Shown here one piece after another: positions 41,580-51,908 of a stretch of DNA of 64,000 nucleotides (position 1 is the first letter of the stretch; each line of letters starts with the position of its first letter). The position numbers and the translations under genes are program-made. This stretch comes from an uncultured Fibrobacterota bacterium (GTDB lineage: Bacteria; Fibrobacterota; Chitinivibrionia; Chitinivibrionales; FEN-1185), in the NCBI GenBank assembly GCA_963753345.1, contig CAVWBU010000032.1, positions 32,001 to 96,000 of the forward strand, written 5' to 3'. The notes beneath the pieces were generated by a model that saw only the letters and a program-made list of their open reading frames with translations, made no database searches and was not told the DNA's origin.

Positions 41580-42018
41580 TTGCTGGGGGCACCGCTACGC
41601 GTTTCCCCCTCGCTGCGGCCTCCTCGGCCTTCGGCCTGCGGTGTCCTCCGCTCCCCCCTCCAGCGAAGAGGCGCGCCTGGGGCGCTCGACCTGCGCTCGC
41701 GCGGCGTCGCCCCTTCGCAACGCAACCACATAGGTATGCCGCTTCGCGGCGATATTGTATTACGGTGCTATCACTTTTGTAACTTTCCGAATCTGATCAT
41801 TACTAGACATTCAATCAAGCGCCTGTCACCTGCGCGTGCGTTAGGCCGGACCGGAGGTCCCGCCATAGCGGGATGCCGCCCGGACCCGCCGCTACTGCGG
41901 CATAGGGCCGAGGCGGCCCGAGGCCGAAGGCCGACGACCCTTGGAAGCACCCGAAGGGGTGGACCGGAGGGAGGGCCGACCTGACCCAGAGCTTGTCGAG
42001 GGGGAGGGAAACGCCCAA
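41580..42018 (+). repeat. A'+B composite
   Basis: A' 41580-41720, B 41830-42018 ending 16 nt before the polA ATG. Confidence 0.85.
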
Positions 42019-42034
42019 CTTATATTAATATCTT

Positions 42035-44737
42035 ATGCCAACAAGATCATCTACTAATCCCGACAAAAAACTGTATCTCATCGACGGCCACGCCATTGCC
42101 TACCGCGCGTACTACGCGCTTATCAAGAACCCATTGACGGATTCAAAAGGCAGGCCCACGGGCGCGGTGTTCGGGTTTGCAAACTACCTGCTCAAGCTGC
42201 TTGCCGAATATTCGTGTCCGTATGTGGCCGTGGTGTTCGACAGCCCGGTGCCCACGTTCCGCCACGAGCTGTTCAAGGAATACAAGGCGAACCGCGAGGA
42301 AATGCCCGCCGACATGCAGTCGCAGATACCGCTCATCCGCAGGCTGGTGGACGTGTTCAATATTCCTGCCCTCATCCAGCCCGGTCTCGAAGCCGACGAC
42401 ATCATCGCGCATGTCACGACGCGCGCTGCAAAGGACGGGTTCGAGGTGTTCCTTGTCACGCGCGACAAGGACCTCATGCAGCTCGTTGGCCCGAAGGTCC
42501 GCATGCTTGCATTCGAATCGAGCGGCGGCATAGAGGATATCGGCCCCGAACAGGTGAAGGAAAAGCTCGGGGTGCCGCCGGAACAGGTGCGCGACCTTCT
42601 TGCGCTCATGGGCGATGCGTCGGACAACATACCGGGCGTGCCTGGCGTGGGGCCCAAGACCGCACAGAAAATCCTTGAAAAGGCGCACACCATAGACGAT
42701 CTGCTTGCCGATCCTTCGTGCATCGAGAACGAAAAGCTCCGGGCAAAGATCGTCGAGAACAAGGAAACGCTCATCCTGTCCCGCAAGCTCGCGACGCTGC
42801 ACACCGACGTCGGATTCGACCTTAGCCTATCGGACCTTGCCGCGCGTCCTGTTAACAAAAGCGAAGCCGCGGCGTTTTTCAAGGAGCTCGAATTCTCGTC
42901 CCTGCTTTCCCATCCGATGTTTGCGGAGCACAGGAAACTCGATTATCGCGTTACCTTCTGTAAAACCATTGGGGAGCTTGAAGGCTTTGTCGAAAGAATC
43001 GAAAAGGCGAAACTCGTTTCGATCGACACCGAAACCACGAGCCTTGTTCCGCGCGAGGCAACGCTCGTGGGTATTTCGCTCGCGGTTGACAAAACAGACG
43101 CCCTGTATGTGCCGGTGGGCCACACCGCGCCGGAGGGAAATCTTCCCCTTGGCAAAGTCCTCGCCGTGCTGAAACCCGTGATCGAATCCGCCGCAATCGT
43201 CAAGATCGGCCAGAACCTCAAGTACGATTATCAGATATTCAGGAACCTCGGGCTCACGATGGCCGGTATCTCATTCGATGCAATGGTCGCCGGGTATGTA
43301 ATCGATCCCGGCAAGCGCAACTACAGCCTCGACGCCATGGCCGCGCAACTGCTCGGCGTTACCCCAATTCCTATCGAATCGCTTATCGGCAAGGGCGCGA
43401 AACAGAAGAATTTTGCCGAAACAGCAATTGCCGACGCCGCGAACTATTCAGGTGAGGATGTGATTCTCCCGCTGTACCTGAAAGAACTGTTTGAACCCAC
43501 GCTTGAGGAACGCAACCTGATAAAGCTTTTCCGCGATATCGAGATGCCGCTCGTGAGCGTGCTTGCCGACATGGAGTGGGAAGGCGTCTGCATCGACGAG
43601 GTTCTGCTGTCCAGGCTTTCAAGCGAGTACACCAAGCGCCTGTCGGCCATTTCGAAGGACATCTACCGGCTTGCCGGAGAGGAATTCAACCTCAATTCTC
43701 CCAAACAGATATCGGTCGTGCTGTTTGAAAACTTAAAACTGCCGAAATCCAAGAAGACCAAGACCGGCCTGTCCACCGACGTCGACGCCCTGGAGAAACT
43801 GCAGGACAGCCATCCGGTGGTGCCCAAGCTGCTCGAATACCGCGAGGTGCAGAAGCTTTTGTCAACCTACATCGACGCGCTGGGACCGCAGGTGCTCGTG
43901 AAGAGCGGCAGGCTCCACACCACGTTCAACCAGACCATTGCCGCGACCGGCAGGCTGTCGAGCACGAACCCCAACCTCCAGAACATCCCGGTGCGCACCG
44001 ACGCGGGCCGCGCCATCCGCGAGGCGTTTATCGCGCCGGCAGGAAAGGCCATCGTCTCGGCCGATTACTCGCAGATAGACCTTCGCATTCTGGCGCATGT
44101 GTCAAAGGACCGGTTTCTTGCCGACTCGTTCCACGAAGACAAGGACATCCACAGCCAGACCGCGGCGGCCATCTACGGTATCATGCCGGAGCTGGTGACG
44201 CCCGAGATGCGGCGCGCCGCAAAGACCATCAACTTCGGCCTCATGTACGGCATGGGGCCCGTCAACCTGTCGCGCCAGCTCGGCATTTCCTTCAGGGAGG
44301 CCCAGGAATTCATCGACAACTATTTCAAGCAGTTCCCTACCGTCAAGTCGTACATGACGAAAAGCATCGAGGCCGCGCGGGAAAAGGGGTTCTCCGAGAC
44401 CCTGCTCGGCAGGAGGCGCTATTTGCCGGAAATCAACGCCGACAACCGCCAGGTGCGCGAGGCGGCCGAGCGCACCGCGATCAACACGCCCATCCAGGGC
44501 ACCGCGGCCGACATCATCAAGATCGCCATGATCCGCATCAGTAACAACCGCGCGTTGGCGCCATGCCCGTTCACCATGCTCCTGCAGGTCCACGACGAAC
44601 TCGTGTTCGAGGTGAAGGAAGCCGACGCAGACGGCTTTGCGAAATGGGTGTGCGCCATGATGAGCGATGCGTACAAGCTCGACGTGCCGCTCAAGGTGGA
44701 GGCGGGGAAGGGAAGGAATTGGAGTGAGGCGCATTAA
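42035..44737 (+). CDS. polA: DNA polymerase I
   Basis: 5'-3' exo (LIDG..YRAYY, EADD, GDASDNIPGV), DTET, TGRLSS.NPNLQNIP, DYSQI, K..NFG..YG, QVHDEL. Confidence 0.98.
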   Translation: MPTRSSTNPDKKLYLIDGHAIAYRAYYALIKNPLTDSKGRPTGAVFGFANYLLKLLAEYSCPYVAVVFDSPVPTFRHELFKEYKANREEMPADMQSQIPLIRRLVDVFNIPALIQPGLEADDIIAHVTTRAAKDGFEVFLVTRDKDLMQLVGPKVRMLAFESSGGIEDIGPEQVKEKLGVPPEQVRDLLALMGDASDNIPGVPGVGPKTAQKILEKAHTIDDLLADPSCIENEKLRAKIVENKETLILSRKLATLHTDVGFDLSLSDLAARPVNKSEAAAFFKELEFSSLLSHPMFAEHRKLDYRVTFCKTIGELEGFVERIEKAKLVSIDTETTSLVPREATLVGISLAVDKTDALYVPVGHTAPEGNLPLGKVLAVLKPVIESAAIVKIGQNLKYDYQIFRNLGLTMAGISFDAMVAGYVIDPGKRNYSLDAMAAQLLGVTPIPIESLIGKGAKQKNFAETAIADAANYSGEDVILPLYLKELFEPTLEERNLIKLFRDIEMPLVSVLADMEWEGVCIDEVLLSRLSSEYTKRLSAISKDIYRLAGEEFNLNSPKQISVVLFENLKLPKSKKTKTGLSTDVDALEKLQDSHPVVPKLLEYREVQKLLSTYIDALGPQVLVKSGRLHTTFNQTIAATGRLSSTNPNLQNIPVRTDAGRAIREAFIAPAGKAIVSADYSQIDLRILAHVSKDRFLADSFHEDKDIHSQTAAAIYGIMPELVTPEMRRAAKTINFGLMYGMGPVNLSRQLGISFREAQEFIDNYFKQFPTVKSYMTKSIEAAREKGFSETLLGRRRYLPEINADNRQVREAAERTAINTPIQGTAADIIKIAMIRISNNRALAPCPFTMLLQVHDELVFEVKEADADGFAKWVCAMMSDAYKLDVPLKVEAGKGRNWSEAH

Positions 44738-44739
44738 AG

Positions 44740-44845
44740 AAGTTGAAGGTTGAAAGTTGAAGGTTGAAAGTGAGGGAGCGAAAAAGGAGAGCGTTCATCA
44801 ATAGTACTTGCTCCTGCTGTCAACTGTCAACCGTCAACTGTCAAC
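44740..44845. repeat. Convergent heptamer arrays
   Basis: (GTTGAAR)x4 after polA stop; (GTCAACY)x4 at 44819-44845 overlapping the stop of the opposite gene. Confidence 0.75.
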
Positions 44846-45783
44846 AATACTTTTAATATTCCCCGCTTCTTCGAATACTCAATCGCCTCCAGGCCTTTCT
44901 CAATCGTAAATTCTTTTGAAATCATTGGTGAAAAATCAGGCTTGTAGGTTTCCAGAAAACGAAGCGCTTCGGAAAAACGTCCGCAGCGCGAACCGACAAC
45001 GGTGATTTCATTGACTACAATGGGGGCGGGGTTGAAAGAAAGGTTCCGCGCGTAGGTGCTCTTGAGAACCAGCGTCCCACGCGGCTTGACGCATTCGATT
45101 GCGGTGGAAAACGCGTCCGGGTTTCCGGAGGCTTCAATCACCACATCGAACTGCTCGTGGTTTAAGTCACTTGACAGGACGGCAGAAATGCCGAGCCTTT
45201 CCATCATTTCAAGCTTTTCAACGTGTCTGCCGACAGCCATGGCTTTGCACGAAACCGTCGCGAGCACATGGGCAATGAGCAGCCCGAGCTTTCCGTCGCC
45301 GATGAGCAGCACCTTCTTGTTCTCAAGCACAACTTGTTCTTTGATTTCGAGCGCTGCGGCCAGGGGCTCGATGAAAATTGCGCTTGTGTCCGGGACGCTG
45401 TCTGGAATCATCACGACATTTCTTGACGGGACGCAGATAGATTCGGCGAATGCGCCGTCGCGGCCCCGTATGCCGATAACGGTCCGATTGGGGCAGTGCC
45501 GCTCCATTCCGCTTTGGCAATAACCGCACTCGCCGCAGCCGCAGTTGATTTCAGCGGTTGCGCGTTTGCCGATGAGACTTTTATCATCGGATTCTTCGAC
45601 AACGCCTACAAACTCGTGGCCGAGTATGCCTTTAAAACCCGGCATGTATCCTGCGAGGATTTCGAGGTCGGTGTTGCAGATGCTGGCCCTTGTAACACGC
45701 GGATCAAGACTTCGCCCTTTGTTACGGATGGGAACAGGCACGTCTGCGAGGCGGAGCGTTCCGTCGAAGTAGAGGGATTTCAT
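44827..45783 (-). CDS. Zinc-binding MDR family alcohol dehydrogenase
   Basis: ICNTD, GHEFVG, C.C.EC.YC..HC, EPLAAA, GDGKLG, GSRCG. Confidence 0.88.
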   Translation of the reverse strand: MKSLYFDGTLRLADVPVPIRNKGRSLDPRVTRASICNTDLEILAGYMPGFKGILGHEFVGVVEESDDKSLIGKRATAEINCGCGECGYCQSGMERHCPNRTVIGIRGRDGAFAESICVPSRNVVMIPDSVPDTSAIFIEPLAAALEIKEQVVLENKKVLLIGDGKLGLLIAHVLATVSCKAMAVGRHVEKLEMMERLGISAVLSSDLNHEQFDVVIEASGNPDAFSTAIECVKPRGTLVLKSTYARNLSFNPAPIVVNEITVVGSRCGRFSEALRFLETYKPDFSPMISKEFTIEKGLEAIEYSKKRGILKVLLTVDG

Positions 45784-45816
45784 AGTATCCTGAGTTTCGC
45801 TCTTATTCAAACGTGC

Positions 45817-45992
45817 TTGGGCGTTCCCCTCCCCCTCGACAAGCTCGGGGTCGGGTCGGTCTCCCTTCGGGCTCGGCCATGCGGCCTCGTTGCCGGCTGC
45901 CCAAGGCCCTGCGGGCCGTGGTCGGCGGCAATGCGCTCTGGCGCACCCTTCGGTCCACCTAACGCGCGGCAAGAGAAGTTTCATCAGTCAAT
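45817..45992 (-). repeat. Module B, minus strand
   Basis: TTGGGCGTTCCCC..GGTCCACCTAACGCGCGGCA..CAGTCAAT. Confidence 0.88.
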
Positions 45993-46042
45993 ATAATTGC
46001 TCCCGCCATCATGAATTGTCAAGGAACAGAACAGGTCTTCTC

Positions 46043-46566
46043 TTAGAGCTTCATTGCTAATTCCATCAACTCTTTTTCCATCTTGAAATATCGCTTCATC
46101 GCCATTTTCACCGATTCGACTTTTTCTTTTTCCATTTTCCTTCGTGCTAATATCTCGCTAAACCGTTCTTCAAGCGTCACCACCCGGTCCTTGACGCGCG
46201 CGTCCGCGTACGCGACGATCTTGTTTTCCAGCGTGCGCGGCAGAAAAGATTCGTTTGGTGATCCACGCAGTACCGAAAGCTCGTACATGCTCCCGTGCAT
46301 CACGATGGCCGCGAGGTCGGAAAGGCCTTCCTTTTTCAATATATTGATGGAATTGATTTCATGATCCCCCTTTCTCCTCTTCCGATATCATGCAGAAGGG
46401 CCGCGATGCGGACCTTTTCGGGGTTTACATCAAGGGATGGACGCAAGTCATGGATCTTTATTGCGAGGTCAAATGCAAAAGCGGAGACTTTCCTTGAATG
46501 CTCGATGCGGGATTTGTCAAGGCCGTATGTTCTAAGAAGAGCGAGTGCTTGACGATAAGTAACCAT
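46043..46566 (-). CDS. HD-domain (HDIG) phosphohydrolase-like protein (frameshift ~46355)
   Basis: EHS..V, AALLHDIGR, H, P.TLE.KIVAYAD. Confidence 0.8.
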
Positions 46567-46741
46567 AAGTATCAAATGAAAAGTGATGCACGGGCTTGGG
46601 TGTTCCAATTCCTAACATTAATCCGGCTCTGCTGGCGATCTCTCGTGGTGCCCCCCCCCGCAGCCGGCGTATCGCTTGCAATGACATATTGACTTGTATT
46701 GATCACGATGTCGGCTTGATTCCCGGGCCCGGCCAGCTATC

Positions 46742-46874
46742 GCTCGTGGGTGCCGCCGCAGCGAAGTATGGTCTTGCAGCTATTTTGTCAAGGCGGCCAC
46801 CCAGGAGGGGGTAGCGGAGGACAGCCGCAGGCCGAAGGCCGAGGAGGCCGTAGCGAGGGGGAGACTTCCCCCAC
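46742..46874 (-). repeat. Module A, minus strand (CCGCC/GGCGG variant)
   Basis: Starts ~8 nt after lysC stop; a second A 3'-half remnant at ~46640-46685. Confidence 0.88.
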
Positions 46875-46882
46875 TTGAAAAT

Positions 46883-48246
46883 CTATTTTTTAAAAAATTC
46901 CTGATACAATGTATTCACCGCCTTCGTCTCATCCGACGCGTCAATGCCGAATATCATGCTTATTTCCGAGCTTCCCTGGTTGCACATTTTGATGTTGACG
47001 CCTGCCTTGGACAGCGCCGCCGCGGCCTGCGCCAGTACGCCGATCTTGTGCAGCAGGCCTTCGCCCACCACGGCCACCAGCGCGATGCCGAACTCCGACT
47101 TGATGTCGTCGGGATGGAGCGTGTCGTCGATCTGGCGGATGATGTTGTTGACGTCCTCGGGCTTGAGCTGGTTCTGGTCGAGGATGATGGAGATGTTGTC
47201 CACGCCCGAAGGGCAGTGCTCGTACGAGAGGTTGAGGTCCTCCAGAATAGAGAGGAGCCGCCGCACGAACCCCTTCTCGCGGTTCATGAGGAATTTCTGC
47301 AATGTAAAGCTGCAGTAGCCGCCGCCGCTGGCGATGCCGGTCACGTCGCGCTGGCTGGGCAGCCGCTCCGATACGATGAGCGTGCCCGGGTTGTCGAGGT
47401 TGAAGGTGTTGCGCAGCCGGATGGGGATCTTTTTCCGCATCACCGGGCGCACGGCCTCCTCGTGCAGCACGTTGAAGCCGATGTAGGAGAGCTCGCGCAT
47501 TTCCTTGTAGGTGAGCGCCGGGATCTGGAGCGGGTTCTCCACGGCGTTGGGGTTGGCCGAGAAGATCCCGTCGACGTCGGTCCAGTTCTCGTATTCCACT
47601 GCGTCAAGGGCCTCGGCCAGGATCGAGCCCGTGAGGTCCGAGCCGCCGCGGGAGAACGTGACCACGTCACCCTCGCGCGTAACGCCGAAGAACCCCGGGA
47701 ACACCACGATATGCTGGGAGCAGATTTTCTTGAGGCCCGCAAGCTTGAGCGAGATTTCGCTCAAGGGCTGAGCGTCGCCGAAACTGGGGGTCACGATCAT
47801 GCCCGCGTCCTTCGGCGAGACGTACAGCGCCTTCCTGCCGATGTGCTTGAGGTATTCGGCGAACAGCCGGGCATTGACGTCTTCCCCTCCCGCAACCACG
47901 AGGTCGCGGAACTTGCCCGGATGCTCCTTGGGCGCGGAGATCCGGGTGTCGAAATCGTCGAGCACCGCCTCGATGATGTCTTTCTTCACGCCGAGCGGTT
48001 CGTAGATGCCGCGGAAGCGGTTCTTGACGTCGCCGATCTCCGGCGAGGCGTCCTTGCCGGAAAGCGCCTTGGCGGTCGCCTTGATGAGAAGATCGGTGAC
48101 CTTGACGGAAACACCTTTTGCCTTTCCCGGCGCCGAGACCACCACGCAGCGCCTGGTGGGTTTGAGCTCGAGGATCTTCGCAATCTGATGCAGGGTCTCT
48201 TGGTCGCAACCGATGTTCCGCCGAACTTGCACACGATGAATTCCAT
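46883..48246 (-). CDS. lysC: Aspartate kinase (frameshift ~48195)
   Basis: VCKFGGTSVA, VVVSAPGK, TFSRGGSD.TG, WTDVDG, ELSY.G..VLH, two ACT domains. Confidence 0.92.
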
Positions 48247-48263
48247 GAAACCGTCTCCGTTTG

Positions 48264-49243
48264 TTAAGGTACGGCCGCGGGCGCGGGCTTGCCGCGCTGC
48301 CTTCGCTGGTATTCCGTGGGCGTGAGCGCCTCGTGCCGCTTGAATGCGCGCGTAAACGAATTCGCGTTCGGGTAGCCCACCGCCGATGCGATGTCCGCCA
48401 CCGGAACGGCGTTTTTTTCGAGCAGGTGTTTCGCGTGTTCCATGCGGACATCGACCAAGTATTTGTACAGCGTTTTTCCCGTTTCCCGGAAGAAGATCAG
48501 ATTAAGATAATTGATGTCGACCCCGCACTCGCGCGCAAGCGCATCCTGGCGGTGAAGCGAACCGTAGTTGAGCCGCATATGGCTGATCGCCTTTGCCACG
48601 AGGCTCTTCTGCTTGTTTTTTGGAAACTGGCTTTCCTCGATGACAAGAATCCCCTTGCCGAGCAGGACAACGAGGATTTCCAAAATGCGCGACATGGACG
48701 CGAGGCCCAGCATTTCCCGATGGTGCGCGATCACGCGGATGCAGTCGAACACGAGGTTCTCGAAATAGAGCCTGTCGTTTCCGTCAAGCACCGCCCTTCC
48801 CTCGACTTCGGAGTTCCAGTAGCACTTCGCCTGGTGTGACGGCAGCAGGGAAAACTCCATGAGGAAGCATTCGAACGGCCCTTTCTGGTGGAGGTAGGCG
48901 TGCCGCTCGCCGATGTCCATCACGCCGAGCAGCCCGGGCCTGGCGCTGCCGAAGGTATTGCGCGTCGCGTTCTGGAGTATTCCCGTGCCGTCAACCTGGT
49001 ACCAGAGCCGGTAGCAGTCCTGCTGGAACCGGAGCATGGTGTCGGGGGTGCCGGCGGGCATGGAAGGTTCCTGAGGTAATCGAGGCGCCCGATCGCGATC
49101 TTCACCCTGGGCAATTCGACGACAACGCCCTGCGGCATCCACGACGAAAGGCCGTTAAACGTCTCGAATCCCGGGTATTGCGGGTGCGGCACGATCGCCG
49201 ACGCCTTGAACCCGGAAAGGATTTCGTGTCGGGTCTGGAGCAT
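48264..49243 (-). CDS. AraC family transcriptional regulator (frameshift ~49070)
   Basis: C-terminal double HTH (YLN.IF..ETG..RMEHAK.LL..IA..VGY..SFTRAFKR..TPTEY). Confidence 0.85.
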
Positions 49244-49305
49244 GAAGTAAAAAAATACATTTTACGCGCAAGCGCGGGCAGCCGGACGTTGCCGCACGGG
49301 CGGAA

Positions 49306-49590
49306 TCAGAGCAGCATTTTGATGAACCCGGCAAGGGCGAGGACAAGGAGGGTCGCCGCGACCACAGCGATCCATGAGACCTTCCGCTTTGCTGTTCCGG
49401 CGGTTCCGAATTCCCGCTCGCGGAGATCTTCGTAGTCAACGTCGTCGTCGAGGTCTATTCCGTCAAGGTAGGTTTTGTCGCTCCAGCCGGTGCGCTCGTC
49501 CGAGCCGCAATGCGGGCAGGCCTTGGCGCCGACACGTACTTCACCATTGCAGACGGGGCAGGTAAATGTTTTATTTGTTTTTTCTTTCAT
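49306..49590 (-). CDS. Small zinc-ribbon membrane protein
   Basis: CPVC..GAKACPHCGSDERTGW, C-terminal TM. Confidence 0.75.
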   Translation of the reverse strand: MKEKTNKTFTCPVCNGEVRVGAKACPHCGSDERTGWSDKTYLDGIDLDDDVDYEDLREREFGTAGTAKRKVSWIAVVAATLLVLALAGFIKMLL

Positions 49591-49607
49591 TATAAATAAA
49601 ATAATTC

Positions 49608-49750
49608 TTGGTGGGGGAGGTATCCCCCTGGCCCCAAGCCTCCTCGTCCAGCGGGACTGCGGGGTCTTGGGGCACACCCCCTCGTGGGTAGCCCCCAAGG
49701 GAGTTGGTTGGCAAGAAAGAAACCTCGCTTGCGGGGGCACCGAGAAGGAT
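49608..49750 (+). repeat. Module A without a recognisable B
   Basis: TTGGTGGGGGAGGTATCCCCCT..CCCCCTCGTGGGTAGCCCCCAAGGGAGTTG..TGCGGGGGCACCGAGAAG; followed by (AATCTAC)-like heptamers ~49790-49820. Confidence 0.88.
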
Positions 49751-49829
49751 TGTTGATTGATGATTGCGAAATGCGGATTGAGGATGAATCCGCAATCTAC
49801 ATTCTACAATCTACAATTCTAGGGGCCTT

Positions 49830-50771
49830 CTAGACCGCTTCCAGCTTCTTGACGGACGTGTTATCCGCGAACACCCGAATCACATTGCAATATGCCCACG
49901 CTCCGTATATCCCGCAGGTGATGACGGTGAGCAGTATCTGCGCCCAGACGGTCTTCCAGACATCGAAATACTTGAAGCCGGCGTTGAATGAGCAGCCGCC
50001 GGAATCCTGCTTTCGGGCAACGGTCCTGTTCATGAAATAGGCATAGATCTTTGCAAGCGCAACAGGATAGTAGATGCCGAGGGTGATTATGGTCAGGAGA
50101 ATCTGCAGCAGTATCATGCCCATCGACGGGAGCGCCTGCGTCTCCCATCGTATCGAGTAGCCCCTGTACCCTGCGTTGACCAACCATTTGTAAACGAAGT
50201 ACATGTACGGTATCAGAATGAGAACCACGACGGCCTGGGTAACAACCGCGAACCAGATGTTCCCGGCAAAACCTTTTATGATTAATGGAATTGCAACTGA
50301 ACAGAGAAGCATGGGGAGGATCAGCGTGGCGAGAAGCAGGCCGAACAGATGGAGCCCCTTTCCATTGAAGCTCAGGGGGGTGTTTTGAAAGGACGTTCTG
50401 CCGGCCAGGTATTTGAGCAGCCTTGTCGCATACCACGGAGCATAGATGCCTAGGGTGATCAGCGAAAGCAGGCCCCTGCCGATGTTGAGAAGAACGAATT
50501 CGCCGGTTTTTCCTGAGTAGGTAAACGGCTGGTCGTTAAGGCAGACCCCGCGAATGATTTTTCTCAGAATGGGCGTTGCGAGGAAGAGGATTGCAAGGAT
50601 CATCACAACCATGAGGCAGAAGATCGCCAGCAGGTTGGACATATTTCCGGGATCTTCCTTCATTGCCCTTGCAAGCAGCTGCATCGCCACGACCGGAACA
50701 AAGTAAAACACTATGACCGCCAGGTAGAGTCCGAACCAATCCGAGCCTTTGAGCTTAAAGGAAAAATTCAT
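49830..50771 (-). CDS. DUF898/YjgN family membrane protein
   Basis: Repeated 'LL..ITLGIY.PW' motif; GGAGG RBS before MNFSFK. Confidence 0.8.
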   Translation of the reverse strand: MNFSFKLKGSDWFGLYLAVIVFYFVPVVAMQLLARAMKEDPGNMSNLLAIFCLMVVMILAILFLATPILRKIIRGVCLNDQPFTYSGKTGEFVLLNIGRGLLSLITLGIYAPWYATRLLKYLAGRTSFQNTPLSFNGKGLHLFGLLLATLILPMLLCSVAIPLIIKGFAGNIWFAVVTQAVVVLILIPYMYFVYKWLVNAGYRGYSIRWETQALPSMGMILLQILLTIITLGIYYPVALAKIYAYFMNRTVARKQDSGGCSFNAGFKYFDVWKTVWAQILLTVITCGIYGAWAYCNVIRVFADNTSVKKLEAV

Positions 50772-50796
50772 GGTGTCCTCCCTTTGTGACGGTGAG

Positions 50797-51846
50797 TTAC
50801 TTTTTTGAACAAGCGAAATTGTTTTCCAAGTTTTTCCGTGTGTGCCAACTTGATGACGGCCGATTATCTCTGTCAACCGCATTGATCCGCCCAACGAGCG
50901 ATTTCAGCCGCGGGTCGGAACCGATCTCCTCTTCAAACGGGTTTCCGTTCTGCCACCCTGTTTTCCCGGTCTTCCGGAACCGTTCCAGCCTTCTTATCGC
51001 GATTTCGCAGTAGACAGGATCGGAATCAACGGTGCGGCAGCAGCGGTTGTTCATCTCCGCCGAAAGGAGCGTTGAGCCGGAATGGCAGAAGAAGTCGACG
51101 ATAAGGTCGCCTTTCTTCGAGCTCGCCCGTATGATGCGTTCGGCGGACGCAAGCGGCTTCTGCGCGTAGCAGCCGTTCACGTTTTCTTCCATTCTGTAAA
51201 AGACCTGCTGGATATCGACCCAGACATTGCCGGCGCGGATGGTGGAGGATTTGCTCCGCTCCAGGTTCTCTTTCACCGCGCCGTTCACTTTTTTGTAATA
51301 CCCGCGCAGGATTTTCGGGATGCCGGTGTACTCGGCGTCCGGGTTGAAAACCGGATCGCCCTTGACGTAGTAGAGCAACTCCTGCCGCACCGCCATCCAG
51401 TTGCGCTGCGTGCCGTAGCCCCGCTGGTTGCGCATGGTGATGAAACTGCGGGCCCTAAAGGGCGTCTCGCGCATCATGATCATGAAGTCCGGCAGCGGCT
51501 GAAAGCCGCTTTTCTGGTCGGCGCCGAGCCACACGTACAGGGAACTATTGTCTGTCAAGGCATGGTCCGTGGCGTCGATCCACGTTTTGCACCACCGGAC
51601 AAACGCCCGCACATCCCGTCGTTCAAAGGCGGCGAGGTTGTAGGGCGGGTCCAAAATCGCGCATACGGCCTTTTTGCCGCCCATCAGTTTGTCAATGTCG
51701 GCCCGGCATCCCGCGTCCAGACAGCCTATCCGGTGCTTCCCAAGCGGGTCGTCCCAGATTTCGCCGCGTTTGAGCCTTGCGTGCGCACGGAGGAGATTTC
51801 CGAGCTCGGGATTTTTGTCCAGTCTGGGGAGGGGAAGGTTTTTCAT
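50797..51846 (-). CDS. Site-specific DNA methyltransferase (N6/N4, beta-class order)
   Basis: DPPYN before QKP..ERII..DFFCHSGSTL. Confidence 0.85.
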   Translation of the reverse strand: MKNLPLPRLDKNPELGNLLRAHARLKRGEIWDDPLGKHRIGCLDAGCRADIDKLMGGKKAVCAILDPPYNLAAFERRDVRAFVRWCKTWIDATDHALTDNSSLYVWLGADQKSGFQPLPDFMIMMRETPFRARSFITMRNQRGYGTQRNWMAVRQELLYYVKGDPVFNPDAEYTGIPKILRGYYKKVNGAVKENLERSKSSTIRAGNVWVDIQQVFYRMEENVNGCYAQKPLASAERIIRASSKKGDLIVDFFCHSGSTLLSAEMNNRCCRTVDSDPVYCEIAIRRLERFRKTGKTGWQNGNPFEEEIGSDPRLKSLVGRINAVDRDNRPSSSWHTRKNLENNFACSKK

Positions 51847-51908
51847 TATGCCGGCTCGACCTGTTGCTCCGCAGTCAACTTACAACCCTCAACTGTCAAC
51901 AAAGATAT

